In this document: positions 50,501 to 62,800 of the stretch, piece after piece
Layout of the letters: each line of letters opens with the position of its first letter
Position numbering within the stretch: the first letter of the stretch is position 1
Assembly (NCBI GenBank): GCA_030248215.1
Contig: JASANG010000932.1
Location: 248,001-312,000 of the forward strand
Reading direction: 5' to 3'
DNA length: 64,000 bases
Origin: Enoplolaimus lenunculus
Taxonomy: Eukaryota
Position numbers and translations under genes: made by a program
The notes under the pieces: generated by a model
Seen by the model: only the letters and a program-made list of their open reading frames with translations
Database searches by the model: none
What the model was told of the DNA's origin: nothing

Positions 50501-51785
50501 CAGCACCCTCACGGATGTATGTCCGCCTCGAATAGTTCCGGTATCACCCAGTCATGTGAGTATCCGGTTTGGCGATAACGCAACGCTGAGTTGTCGAGCG
50601 GTTGGCCGTCCGACGCCAACGGTTATATGGAAACTTCCAAACGGCGAAATCGTCCCTGACACCGGATCCTACAAATTGACCCGGGCAACAGCAGCCGATT
50701 CCGGAACGTATAGCTGCTTTGCTCACAGTTCCGCCGGATCTTCAACGGCTTACGTGGTCGATGTCGCTGTCAACCGGATACAAGTCAAGTTGTATCCGGT
50801 TGTGATTGGTAGCGATTCGGCGGCGCTGGCGTGGAACGGCACCGACCGCGACAGGTATGTATTTCAAATTTTGTATCGCCGAATCGACCTCGGAGACCTG
50901 CCAGATGCACAACCGAAGCCATCCGGTAACCTGACGCCTGAACTGTCGTCACCGATCCAACACCAATACGCGGCCACGGTGACGCCAATCATGCGTTCGT
51001 ATACGCTAACTGGACTGAGTCCAGGCAGCGTGTACGAAGCATGCATGTCGTCTGAAGACGACGCTGGCGTCGTCGTTCATATATCGTGTACGCGATTCCG
51101 AACGAAATTTTCAGCGATCAACGACGGTGACGAATCACGCGTTGTCGGATCGACCCCGCGTTCGTTGTCGATGACGTCATCGCGATTGACGAACGTCGCT
51201 GATGCGGCGCCTAAATCGCTGATGACACCATCGCGAATTACGCAACACTGGGTGCTGAACGCCGGCGTTCCTGGCTGGCGAATGCATCTACCAGCGTCAG
51301 CGGCCGGTTTCGCCTCAGCGAATGATGTCATCGGCGATCGAACGCTTCGCGAAATGCTCGTCGCTCGCCAACCTAGGGGTAGCGCTACGTTAGGCGTCGC
51401 GCTGAGCTTAATCGCATGCGTTCTATTCTTGGTCAGCCTGGCGGTGTTGGTGTTATTGCATCGACGAAAACGGCCTACGATTTTATCGTCAAATTCATCC
51501 AGCTCTAACTCGACTCTGCCCCATTTAGAGCGATTACTGTCTTCCAGTGATCGCTACAGGTCAAGTAATTTATACTCGAGCTCAGCCACGAGCTTACACC
51601 GTGCGCCTGGACGCCAGCATCACCTTGAAAGCCCGAATGACGTCAGTTCGCAAGAAACTGACGTTGTGGTGACGTCATCTGGCCGGTCGACGCGACAGTC
51701 CAGTGTCTCAAGTCGTGGGACAGCATCAAGTACAAGGACACATTTGGTACTATCAAGCGAGGGTCAGACGCCGTTAAGTATATAG
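47599..51785 (+). CDS. LRRN/NLRR-like LRR-Ig-FN3 type I transmembrane protein, paralog B (~976 aa, 2 coding exons)
   Basis: Exon 47599-48255 (donor CAG|gttagt) joins in phase 0 to exon 49512-51785 (acceptor tttaag). Signal peptide, CPQRCVC, LRRs, NPIWCDC, polyQ insert, Ig (LSCRAVGRPTPTVIW...DSGTYSC), FN3 (LSPGSVYEAC), TM helix and a Ser-rich tail. Confidence 0.92.
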
Positions 51786-52013
51786 CAGCCGATGTTCGGT
51801 TTCGCAAACGAATCTTATCGGGTTGACGGGAGAGAAGAGTAGAAAACTAAGATGGCTGACACTGACAGGTATCTACTACCCGAAACATCTACCGATATGC
51901 TAAGAAGACAACATTCCTTTCGCCAACCTACGCCAGGAGCGAGTCTGCTCTAATACGAATGGAAAATAACGTCACTGAATCTCTAGACTAACTTTGGCAA
52001 AGTGGTTTGAAGC

Positions 52014-52281
52014 GTTGAATTCAACACCGCTTGAATTCAATGCCGGTTCAATTCAATGCCGGTTGAATTCAATGCCGGTTGAATTCAATGCCGGTTGAAT
52101 TCAATGCCGGTTGAATTCAATGCCGGTTGAATTCAATGCCGGTTGAATTCAATGCCGGTTGAATTCAGTGCCGGTTGAATTCAATGCCGGTTGAATTCAA
52201 TGCCGGTTGAATTCAATGCTGGTTGAATTCAATGCATGTAGAATTCAATGCCGGTTGAATTCAATGCCAGTTGAATTCAAC
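52014..52281. repeat. 16-bp minisatellite with palindromic core
   Basis: About 16-17 units of TTGAATTCAATGCCGG, ~230 bp after the LRRN-B stop. Confidence 0.95.
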
Positions 52282-55276
52282 GCTGGTTTTTAAACTTGCC
52301 TCGGGACAGTTTGGAGGTACTGACACGTTCGCAGCTGATCTATAGATACGTGTCTGCGTTGAATTAGATGTTTGGAAAACGAGTATTACTACGAAGTGCT
52401 CAGCTATAGTACCAGACCCGTAGCCAGCATTACGTGGGCTAACATTTTTCAGTAGGTTCATACATGTGTTTTCAATGACTTACAAGCAAGGTTGAAAAAT
52501 TTCTAGGGTGGTCAAAAATTTTTCAAGAGGGGGATTGAGCTCCCGCTGTCCCACCCCTTGGCTACGGGCCCGTTTATAACTCTACTGACAGTGAACATGA
52601 TATTCTGCATCAGAGTCAAATTCGATTCACTATGTAGCACGTTTGACTCTGGCGGAGTCGAATTTGACGCAGTTGGTGTAGTCAGGAAAAGCCTATTTCC
52701 GAGGCAGTCAAGTTGACTCACCATTTCTTACAGTGTAGGCTTAGATCTTAGACTATACTTTGCGCTTAATACGCTTCGGATTAGGTTAACACTTTTTTTC
52801 AACAATTAGGCTTAGGAATATGCGTAATCTACAATTACGAACCCAAAAGAGACATTGGCCAAATTTTCAATAAAAAAGCTATTTACCAGAATATAAAATG
52901 AAATGTTTCTGTAAAATTGCTAGCTATGTAAATATGCAAAAAAACAAAACAATTGTGGTAGGAAAGTGTATAAGGGCCAAAATAGCGCATAATTAGTGCA
53001 AAAACAGTGCTAAAAAGCCCCATATTGTAGTTATTGCGTCCAATTAATGTATAGAACAAAGTCGTAACAGTAGTATAAGCATATTTCTAACTACGGCTAA
53101 AGCCTAAGCCTAAACAAAAACTGAGATTTTAATAGTTGTCTTTTCGTTTTAGAACGGGGAATTAAAAGAAAGGTATTGGTGTTGATATGTTATATAGTTG
53201 CTTTATTACGTTTGTGTATCTAATAACGATCTACAACATTGTAAATTCCAGCGAGTTCATTTTAACTCAGAATGAGTTGAATAACTCAGTCTGAGTTAAG
53301 ACTATTAGAACTCAGAATTGTAAGTTGATTCAACTTAATTTGAGTTAACTGATCAATTCACCAGCAATCAAATCAAGTCCGAGAGTGAAAATCAACTCAA
53401 CTCACAGCGAGTTAATGCTTATTGTTGTTAACTCAGATAAAAACTAACTCGCTAGCTGAGTTGAGTATTCAGCTCATTGGAATTTACGGTGTATTCTTCT
53501 ATATTTGTCTGTGATTTGTCGTCTATTTTGCATAAACTTTTTTGAATATTTCATATTCGGCTTTTTGTGCAATTCTTTGTAAAAATTGTAAATTACCAAC
53601 TCAGAAACATTTTGTTTACATTTTACTTCATGCAATCTTGCTTGGCTTAGGCTTTGGAATATGATCATTCTTACGCTTAGACTTAGGAATATGCTTATAA
53701 TACTGTTCCGACCTTGTTCTTTACATTGGTGTAGACTCCAAAGCCTACTTAACATAATACTGGTCCATTTCATTATTAAGACACTGTCACATAATTAGCA
53801 ATATTATGTTTTTGTCCATAAAGTTAAGTATTCACATAAGTTAATGACTTTAAGTAAATAGTGAAGCAAAAATTTAAGTAAATATTTAAGATTTCAAAAA
53901 CCAAGACGCTGTCTGGAAAAATTTGATTTTTAAACAATATTTTGGTAAAATGAGTAACTTTCGAATGGTATTACAAAAAACACAGAAATACGCGTTTAAG
54001 GTTGTTGTTTAAGCTTACTCTATTGCAGTCATACAGAACAACGTTCCGTCCTTATAATCTTTACATGAACCTAAAATTTTAATTCTCTTAAAAATAAAAA
54101 GAACCTAAAATTTAAATTCTCTTAAAAATATATTTTATATTTCATTCTACGACTGGTGAGTCAATTCTGGCAATGCAGGTGCGTTTCATTAATTTATAAC
54201 GAGTTTTAATGGTGCAAATGAGATAACTCTGAGCAATATATTCAACACATTTCGGCAATCACAAACGTGAACCTCTTGACCTGTTGAAAATTTACTCTTT
54301 TTTCATTTTAAGTAAATCTTCATTTATCACTTCAAATTGAGTAAAAGTCTTAAAATCAAAAGTATACTTAATTATGTCTGTTACGAACTCACTTAATGAT
54401 GATGACCACTTGACATTGAAGTGTATATTTATTCTTTCGGTCTATGACCAATTTAAAATTTTACACTTTTGTGGGATCCGGAAACAAGACGAGTATTACC
54501 TTGTTAGGCTCGTGGCTTCAGACTTTTTTAGTAAGCAGCTGGAAAAGCAGCCTACGGGTAGTTTCGAACTAGCGACCCATGGATTCCGAGGCAACCCCTT
54601 TGCGCTTACGCCGCTAACTTGTAACACTATGTATATTGCATATGCACATAAACGAACATGCATGTTAGGAACTCATTTTTACAACGTTTAAGCTTACGCT
54701 TAGGAAAACGCTTAATCTTCTGTTATGCCCCTCAAAGTAACCTTGGCCAATATATTTTAAGAGAGTCTTTCGGGTGACAGGGACATAATTGAACTCCACT
54801 TTGAACTCGAGTTCAAACTAAAGTTGAAAATTTAATTCTAACTAAAGTTTACAAGTCGAAAGTTTTTTGCATTTACAGCTCGCAGTTGAGTCGTTTATCT
54901 CATTGCTAAACGCACTATTACAAGTAAATTGCTTAGGGGAATACGACCTGCCTTCCTAACATGGTGCTCTTCTGAACTTTGAGATGAGAAATTTCAACTT
55001 TAAGAATAACAATAAAGATAAAATATATTACAAAGCGTACAGCCAATCAAACTCAATTAATTATTTAATTAAAAATTAATTGTCTCATTTTCAACCTATC
55101 AAAATCGATCAAGTAATTTATTCAATTAAAAATTAATTAACTCATTTTCATTAATTGAAACTAGAAGCGCAGCTGAGTTTTCAGCCAAATTAACGGACTT
55201 GAAGTGATGTCATTAAGTGATGTGATTTTCAATTCCGCGTTGGAATTTGGGATCCACGACAATTTTAAATTGTACC

Positions 55277-55351
55277 TTATCCACCCTGAACACCTGGGAA
55301 CTCTCCCATCAACGCCAGGGTCAACTGACTGTCGCTTTTACTTTTCAACTC
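55277..55351 (-). CDS. Possible alternative terminal exon of the DEG/ENaC gene (ELKSKSDSQLTLALMGEFPGVQGG*)
   Basis: Good acceptor (ttttctgtttag), open only in phase 0, matching a phase-0 donor CGG|gtacaa at 56859/56858. No homology support. Confidence 0.35.
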   Translation of the reverse strand, partial: ELKSKSDSQLTLALMGEFPGVQGG

Positions 55352-55747
55352 CTAAACAGAAAATAAAATACTTATAGTACGTGAAAGTTGGGATTTAGCT
55401 TCAGTATTTGCTTTCTGTTACCTACATCCAAATACCTCTGTGGGTCGATACCTAAAATTTGTTATATTTCCTTGGCCCTGTCCCCTCTCGGTGCCTAAAA
55501 TATCTAATTTTTTATTGACCTTCACCGCCCCCACCGGTAGCATTCTTTCTTCGTTATAGAGAGCCGCAGTTTAATTTATTCGTGGTGAAAAGTCGTAAAA
55601 TTGACCAATTAAACTAAAATTTAGTTTTGAAACGGTTACAGTTCAAAACATCAGTAATTAATTGGGCGTTGGCTGGTAATTAATTTTAAAATGTAATTAA
55701 TAACATAATTAACTCTGTGTCAATTAATTAATACACATCATTTCTTC

Positions 55748-55990
55748 GGCCCATGTAAAGATGAGGGGCGGAACGTTTTTCCGTGGAACTAGAAAAGAGT
55801 AAGATTAAGCTTTAGACTATTTTTTGCTTGGCCTTGGTGTAGGCTTAGGAATTTGCTCATTATTACGGTTTGGCTTAGGTTTAGGCTTAGGCTTAGGAAT
55901 ATGCTCATTCTTACGCTTCGGCTTAGGCTTAATCTTTAGGCTTAGGAATATGCTTATAATACTGTTCTGCCCCTGTTGTTTACATTGGCC
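55748..55990 (+). mobile_element. TTAGGC-bearing MITE family A
   Basis: Both TIRs intact; degenerate TSD ATTTCTTC/AATACTTC. Confidence 0.88.
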
Positions 55991-56324
55991 AATACTTCAA
56001 CAAATCGCAAACAAAATGCTTACCAAGGACCCAGGGCTGTATTTTCACATCAAGTCCATAAAACCGTATTTCACCAGATTGCACGAAGTTAAATGAGAAA
56101 CTGATTAGTAAACATGAAAATTAGCTCTTGTAAGCTCACCCCATTTCAAAAAAATCATCGGCTCATGGTCAGGTCCAGGCTAAAGCAGCTTAAAGACATG
56201 TTTAGACTTAAACTTAGGTAAGTGTTTTCTAAACATCTGAGCCCTTATGTTTAGCCTAAGGACTGCGCTATACTTTTACTGTACCAGAAGCCGTCGCGTG
56301 CCGCTACGCGTTACTAACAAAAGT

Positions 56325-56663
56325 GGCCAATGTAAAAGAACAGGAACGGAACAGTATTATAAGCATATTCCTAAGCCTAAGCCTAAGCTTAAGAATGAGC
56401 TTATTCCTAAGCGTAAGGCTTAGCCTAAGCCTAATCGTAAGAATAAGCATATTCCTAAACCTAAGCCTAAGTTCAAGCGTAAGTATGAGCATATTCCTAA
56501 GCCTAAGCCTAACCTAAGCGTCAGAAAGATCATATTCCTAAACCTAAGCCTACGCTTAAGCCTAAGCATAAGCCTAAGCCAAGCAAAAAAATAGTCTAAA
56601 GCTTAAGCTTACTTTATTGCAGGGCCACAGAAAAACGTTCCGCCCCTGATCTTTACATGGGCC
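56325..56663 (-). mobile_element. TTAGGC-bearing MITE family A
   Basis: Both TIRs intact; TSD ACAAAAGT/ACAGAAAT; several internal CCTAAG blocks. Confidence 0.88.
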
Positions 56664-56849
56664 ACAGAAATGAAGGCAAAACCGATTTGGTAGCGTGCGA
56701 CAATAATTAATAAACAATTTTAATCGTGCCACACGGCGGAGGACGAATGGAACGCGGCGAGTATAAAGCGACCCTTAATCTAAGCCTGTGGGATGCCGTG
56801 GACAAGTGCCTAAAAACTGGTTTTGCTTCGTTTTTTCATTTGTGTCGTC

Positions 56850-59800
56850 TCATTGTACCCGTAACCGTCGATACAGCAACCATGAATAATAATAAGTTAT
56901 TTCAACACACGATATTGCCGATGCACCCAGGGATATTCCCATAATCCCACCGACGCCGCTTATCACCGTGACAACCTTTTAAATTAAGAAAATTTTTCAT
57001 TGAACTCAAAAAAATAATATTAAGTAACCAGTACATACACTGCAAAAAATGGTGAGTCAAATTGACTCTCTCCGAAATAGGCTTTTTCTGACTAACGCAA
57101 ACTGAGTCAAAATTTGACTCTGACAGAGTCATATTCGACTCAATTTGACTCTGGCGGAGCCGAATTTTGGCTCAGTTTGTGTAGTCAGGAAAAGCCTATT
57201 TTGGAGAGAGTCAATTTCAATTACCAGTATATGCAGTGTAGCAGGGTTCAACCGAAATTCCTGTTCCGGCTGAAATTCCTGCATAAATTCAATTTTTGAT
57301 CCTTTTTCCGTTCCTGCATTTAAAGATGTAGGAACCGGAGTTTCTACGGTTTTGCGGCAAATTATTCATAATAATTTAAATGTTTGAAACTTTGTCTTTG
57401 AAAACTTGCTCTTTCGAAATGAGTGCTTTTGCAATTAGTTTAATGTTATTAATAAACTGTTTCTGATCTGTTTTGGCAAAACTTGATACTGAAAAAGCTC
57501 TAAATTTGCTTAAGCCATTTTTTGGTAACGTTTTCTGAAAAGCCCAACAGTAATTCGGCAATGAAAATTAATATTTCAAATTCGTGTTCATGCAAAGAAA
57601 TTCAATTTCTGTTCCGGTAAAATTTAGTTCACCCTGGTACATAGCTACACCAACATTACAGGACGTAAGTGCTGAATAATTTCGGTACGGAAATTTGACA
57701 AATTAATACGATTTATAGGCAAGAATAAAACTTTTATTGAGGTGATACAACTTTTTCTAGGCTGGCCTAAACTCAACTCTCCAGGGTCATCTCTGGCTTC
57801 GGTCTCGGGTTGTAATTTTCCCAATGTTACTTTTCGTGAAAAAACAGTGCATTGTGCGCATTCTAAGCCTAAGCCTAAGCAAAAATGTAGTCTAAAATCT
57901 ATGCCTACTCTTTTGCAGACCCACTAGAAACTGGAACGGCCCTAAAAGTAACATGGTCCGTAATTATTGGGGAACAGTTTTCACTGCGGTATGGGCCAAT
58001 GTTACTTTAAGGGGCGCAGTAGTAGATTATGCGTATTCCTAAGCCTAAGCCTAAGCCTAAGCGTTGCAAAAAAGTGTTCCTAAGCCTAAGCCTAAGCCTA
58101 AGCGTTGCAAAAAAGTGTTCCTAAGCCTAAGCCTAAGCCTAAGGAAATAAATATAATCTAGAATCTAAACCTACTCTTTTATAGACCCACCAGAAACCTG
58201 GACGCCCCTTCAAATAACATGGGTCGTCTTATGCATGATGTGTTCATATTTTCAAATGTATATAGCACTTATCTTGAGCGTTGAGAGATTGGTCGTATAG
58301 CTTAGAAATATTACCAAACGGCAGCTTCAAAGCTTTAGCACATTACTGTATTCAATTTATTCCGCGACACCAATTGAAAATTTGAATTAAATTCTAAGAT
58401 ATCCATCAGACTTTATTTAGTAGTAATAAAGTGAACAATTAAAACTTACCGTGTGTAGACTTTGTTCAATTTTTCTTGGATACAGCAGAGAACCGAAGTA
58501 TACTTTAACTTGTATCACATCTCTAAAAATATAAATAAATAAGTATATAAATAAATACATAAAAAATAAATAAATGCATAAATTATATAAAAAAAGTTAA
58601 TAAATAAGTACGTAAATAAATAAATTTTATAAATAAGTAAATAAGTAAATTAAATAAATAAATAAATAGATAAATAAATTAAATAAATAAGTAAACAAAT
58701 TAATTAATTAAATAAATAAGTAAATAAATTCTTCTAAACACAAAAAATACTTATTTTTGACTACAAAACATTTTTAAATGTTGTAAATCAATTAATGTTT
58801 TGTGGTTAAATTTCCAATTACTCTTCTGCACAGTGTTTAATAGTGCAGCGGGCATATACGCAGTATAAAATCTCCTCAAGACATAAGCTTACTTCAAGCT
58901 TCAGCGTCAAGCTCCTATAGCTGAGTGGTGATGGTACCCGCGTTCTAAATCAACGACTCAGGTTCGGTTGGAAATTTGAAAAATGAATTGCAGTTGCATT
59001 TTTATTAATTCAAAAGGTTCAAAAATGAGTTATTGCGTTTTTATAAACAAACATCACCTGTTATTAATTGAGATGCACGATTTCGAACGATGACACCTCT
59101 GTAACAACATATTTAACAATTTTGGATCATTTCGCTAAAGACGAACATTTCTGGCACACCAGGCCTGTGAGAAGTTTGAACCCTTGACCCCATTGGCACT
59201 CAAAATGTTCGTCACGCTCCGCTCAAACATTTGGGCCCATGTTACTTTAAGGGGCGTCCAGCTTTCTGGTGGGTATATAAAAGAGTAGGTTTAGATTCTA
59301 GATTACTTTTTTAGCTTAGGTTTAGGCTCAGGCTTAGGCTTAGGAACACGCTTAATCTACTGTTGTGCCCCTAAAAATAGCCAGAAATAACTAGTTATCT
59401 CTGCATTGATTAATCAACTCATTAGAATTTACAGTGCATTTAGAGATTATATTTTAATAGCTAAGTAACGTATTCGTCTAATAAATATAGACTAGTGGCT
59501 GTAACCTTTATGGTAGTAGGATTTCAAACGAACGCTTTCGTATCACGTACGCAATCTCAAACTATAAACACTGCTTAAATGCATTTGATAAATAATAGAC
59601 TTTTTACACTTACCAAATTGGTTAATCAATCTATACGTACAATTTCAAAACTTCTTTTAATACTGAGTGCTGAAACGGTGCCCAAAATACGTATACGTAT
59701 TTGTTTTGCGTTCAAGCTTTGGTAGTATAGATTTCAAAATTTTCCTAGCTTGGCTAAAAGTTTTTAATTTCTAAATTAATTTGTAAATATAACGAAAACG

Positions 59801-62800
59801 GACATTGATTTTTACTGAAAACGAGTATAACGACAATTTGTGCCCTTAGTCTAAAAAATTACTTACCGTATAGTCCTGTTTTACTTGTGTTACTGTCGCG
59901 TCATATATAACCGATCTGCAACATAAACCTCTTTAAGTACTTTAGATAAAAACCAGGATACAACCGGAGGTTCGGCTCCGGCTCCGGTAAAATTTTTGCC
60001 GGAGGTTACGGCAATTTTGGTAGTGTAATTTTGCATTAATTTTGCGAAATTTATATGTTTGAACGCGTTTCGTTTTAATTCTGTCGCAATTTTCAGGAAA
60101 GAATTTCCAAATATTCACAGATATTTAGCGTAAAACCAAACAAATTAAGAACATATTGCAGATATTGGCTAAAATTAAGCAGTTAACCATCATCGATACA
60201 ACTTAATTTCGCCCCTCACCTCCGGCTCCGGCAAGTTTTGTTGACCTCCGGCTCCGGTATTTTTCACCTCCGGTTGCACTCTGATAAAAAGTAATTGGTT
60301 AGTTAAATCAAGAGTGCATAATACAAGAGTGCACAACTCTTGGGGTTTCGTCCGCATGGAACAAAATGTAACACCGGGCGTTGCGTTTTTGGCCGACCCC
60401 CTTATGTTTAGGGGGTCGTTGCCACAAGCAAAAACAGTAAATAAACTATAAGGGAATCGTTTTTGTCGCCGGATACATAAATTGTCGTGGTTTGCATAGG
60501 TAGTACCCTCAATCTAGAATAAAGAGGGATAAGGCAAAAACGCAACGCGAGCCGCGTACATTCTTTGCTACACAGAATATACCCAGTTGCATATTCTTGT
60601 TGAAGTATGCATCATCCACTGTTGGTTACATTAATTTTTTAGAAACTTTTCCATTCAAAACTTTGATTTACTATTTCCAAATAGGAAAATTGGCTGAAAT
60701 TTTCAAAACAACAACATAAATCAAAAATTCAAAACCATAATTGTAAATTAAACCATTTCTCACATGAATAATTTCTGATTCGTATACGGCTTATTTTAAG
60801 CCACCATTCGATTCGCATCATCTCCAGTGGGAGGGGCTCCCCGTTCCCCGTCAGCGCTAAGCGATGAGCGCACGACCACGAGCGGGCTTTCATGTCTTGT
60901 GGAGATTTTGTACTGTGTATACGCGTAGCAAAGTGTTATTAAATCACTGCGAATTGCCTATTTATTAATCTACGTATTCTGTTCGCCGCTAAAGTTGCTT
61001 ATAGAATACTCTGTGCGAAAATGGGTTAATGCGTTCTCCACAATATCTCGTGTACACCTTGTGGAAAAATGCACTTGCAATTGACGACGACTTATACTAA
61101 TTGAAAACTAGCAAATAGCGCGGCGTGTGGATTTTATTGTACGACGCCATTGTGAACACCAGCAAGTATCGTTTAAAAATTTCCCACGAACAGGCAATTA
61201 TTAAGTAGGCGGCAGTTGCCAGTGCGTTTTTTCCCACGGTGTATACGAGATATTGTGAAGCACGCATAATCATACTTTGACAGCTTAGTATTTCGGCAAA
61301 AAACGCTTTAGAAATATACCTGCATGGCTCCGGACACGGTCTATGGCAAACACGTCCATTTTGAGGATCAACAGTAGCATTGTGACACATTCGGATCACA
61401 TTTTCAACGCATGACACTGAAAAATATAAAAATATTCGGCCAAATTTCTTTGTTTGACAGTATATATACATATATATTTATTTGTAGAATTTCATATTCG
61501 GCAACTGTGACATGTCAATTGATTGAAGCCATTATTGATAACAGGTGCTGCACACATTTGAGAATACAATTAAAGTTGATCCTAAAATGCCTAAAACGAA
61601 ACATTTATGAATGGAAAATAGCGTCAAATGTTCAATATATTTCGGCCGGCACACACTACACGGAATCTGTTCCGTTGCAAAACTTTAGTCTTCGACCGTA
61701 GTTAAAACAGTCAAATATTACAGATTCGTTGTCTACAGTGAAAACCAACATTTGTGCCCAAATTATCAAATGTGTGTAGCACCTATCACCAGTTGATGAT
61801 AAAAATTGTAGCTTTCCAACCAATGGCCAAATGTAAACAACAGGGACGGAACAGTCTTATAACCATATTCCTAAGCCTAAGCTTAAGCGTAAGAATGAGC
61901 ATATTCCTAATCCTAAGCTTAAGCGTAAGAATGAGCATATTCCTAAGCCTAAGCTTAAGCGTAAGAATGAGCATATTCCTAAGCCTAAGCTTAAGCGTAA
62001 GAATGAGCATATTCCTAATCCTAAGCTTAAGCGTAAGAATGAGCATATTCCTAACCCTAAGCTTAAGCGTAAGAATGAGCATATTCCTAATCCTAAGCTT
62101 AAGCGTAAGAATGAGCATATTCCTAATCCTAAGCTTAAGCGTAAGAATGAGCATATTCCTAATCCTAAGCTTAAGCGTAAGAATGAGCATATTCCTAATC
62201 CTAAGCTTAAGCGTAAGAATGAGCATATTCCTAATCCTAAGCTTAAGCGTAAGAATGAGCATATTCCTAATCCTAAGCTTAAGCGTAAGAATGAGCATAT
62301 TCCTAATCCTAAGCTTAAGCGTAAGAATGAGCATATTCCTAATCCTAAGCTTAAGCGTAAGAATGAGCATATTCCTAATCCTAAGTTTAAGCGTAAGAAT
62401 GAGCATATTCCTAATCCTAAGCTTAAGCGTAAGAATGAGCATATTCCTAATCCTAAGCTTAAGCGTAAGAATGAGCATATTCCTAATCCTAAGCTTAAGC
62501 GTAAGAATGAGCATATTCCTAATCCTAAGCTTAAGCGTAAGAATGAGCATATTCCTAAGCCTAAGCTTAAGCGTAAGAATGAGCATATTCCTAAGCCTAA
62601 GCTTAAGCGTAAGAATGAGCATATTCCTAATCCTAAACTTAAGCGTAAGAATGAGCATATTCCTAATCCTAAGCTTAAGCGTAAGAATGAGCATATTCCT
62701 AATCCTAAGCTTAAGCGTAAGAATGAGCATATTCCTAATCCTAAGCTTAAGCGTAAGAATGAGCATATTCCTAATCCTAAGCTTAAGCGTAAGAATGAGC

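Noticed and set aside
51783..51842. Genome-wide reassignment of TAG to a sense codon
   Set aside because: No in-frame TAG occurs in more than 1700 confidently coding LRRN codons; local read-through is the most that can be proposed.
56360..56585. True telomere or chromosome-fusion site
   Set aside because: TTAGGC runs are short, interrupted, occur on both strands across the window and are mostly inside TIR-bounded elements.
57376..57561. Minus-strand ORF as an extra channel exon
   Set aside because: It lies inside a CAGGGT-ended hAT-like element, has no clear donor, and the flanking exons already join in frame.
59641..59669. 29-nt phase-compatible micro-exon (HSVLKEVLKL) for the DEG/ENaC gene
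   Set aside because: An alternative to 59697-59770, which has a stronger acceptor and a more typical domain length; unresolved without RNA data.
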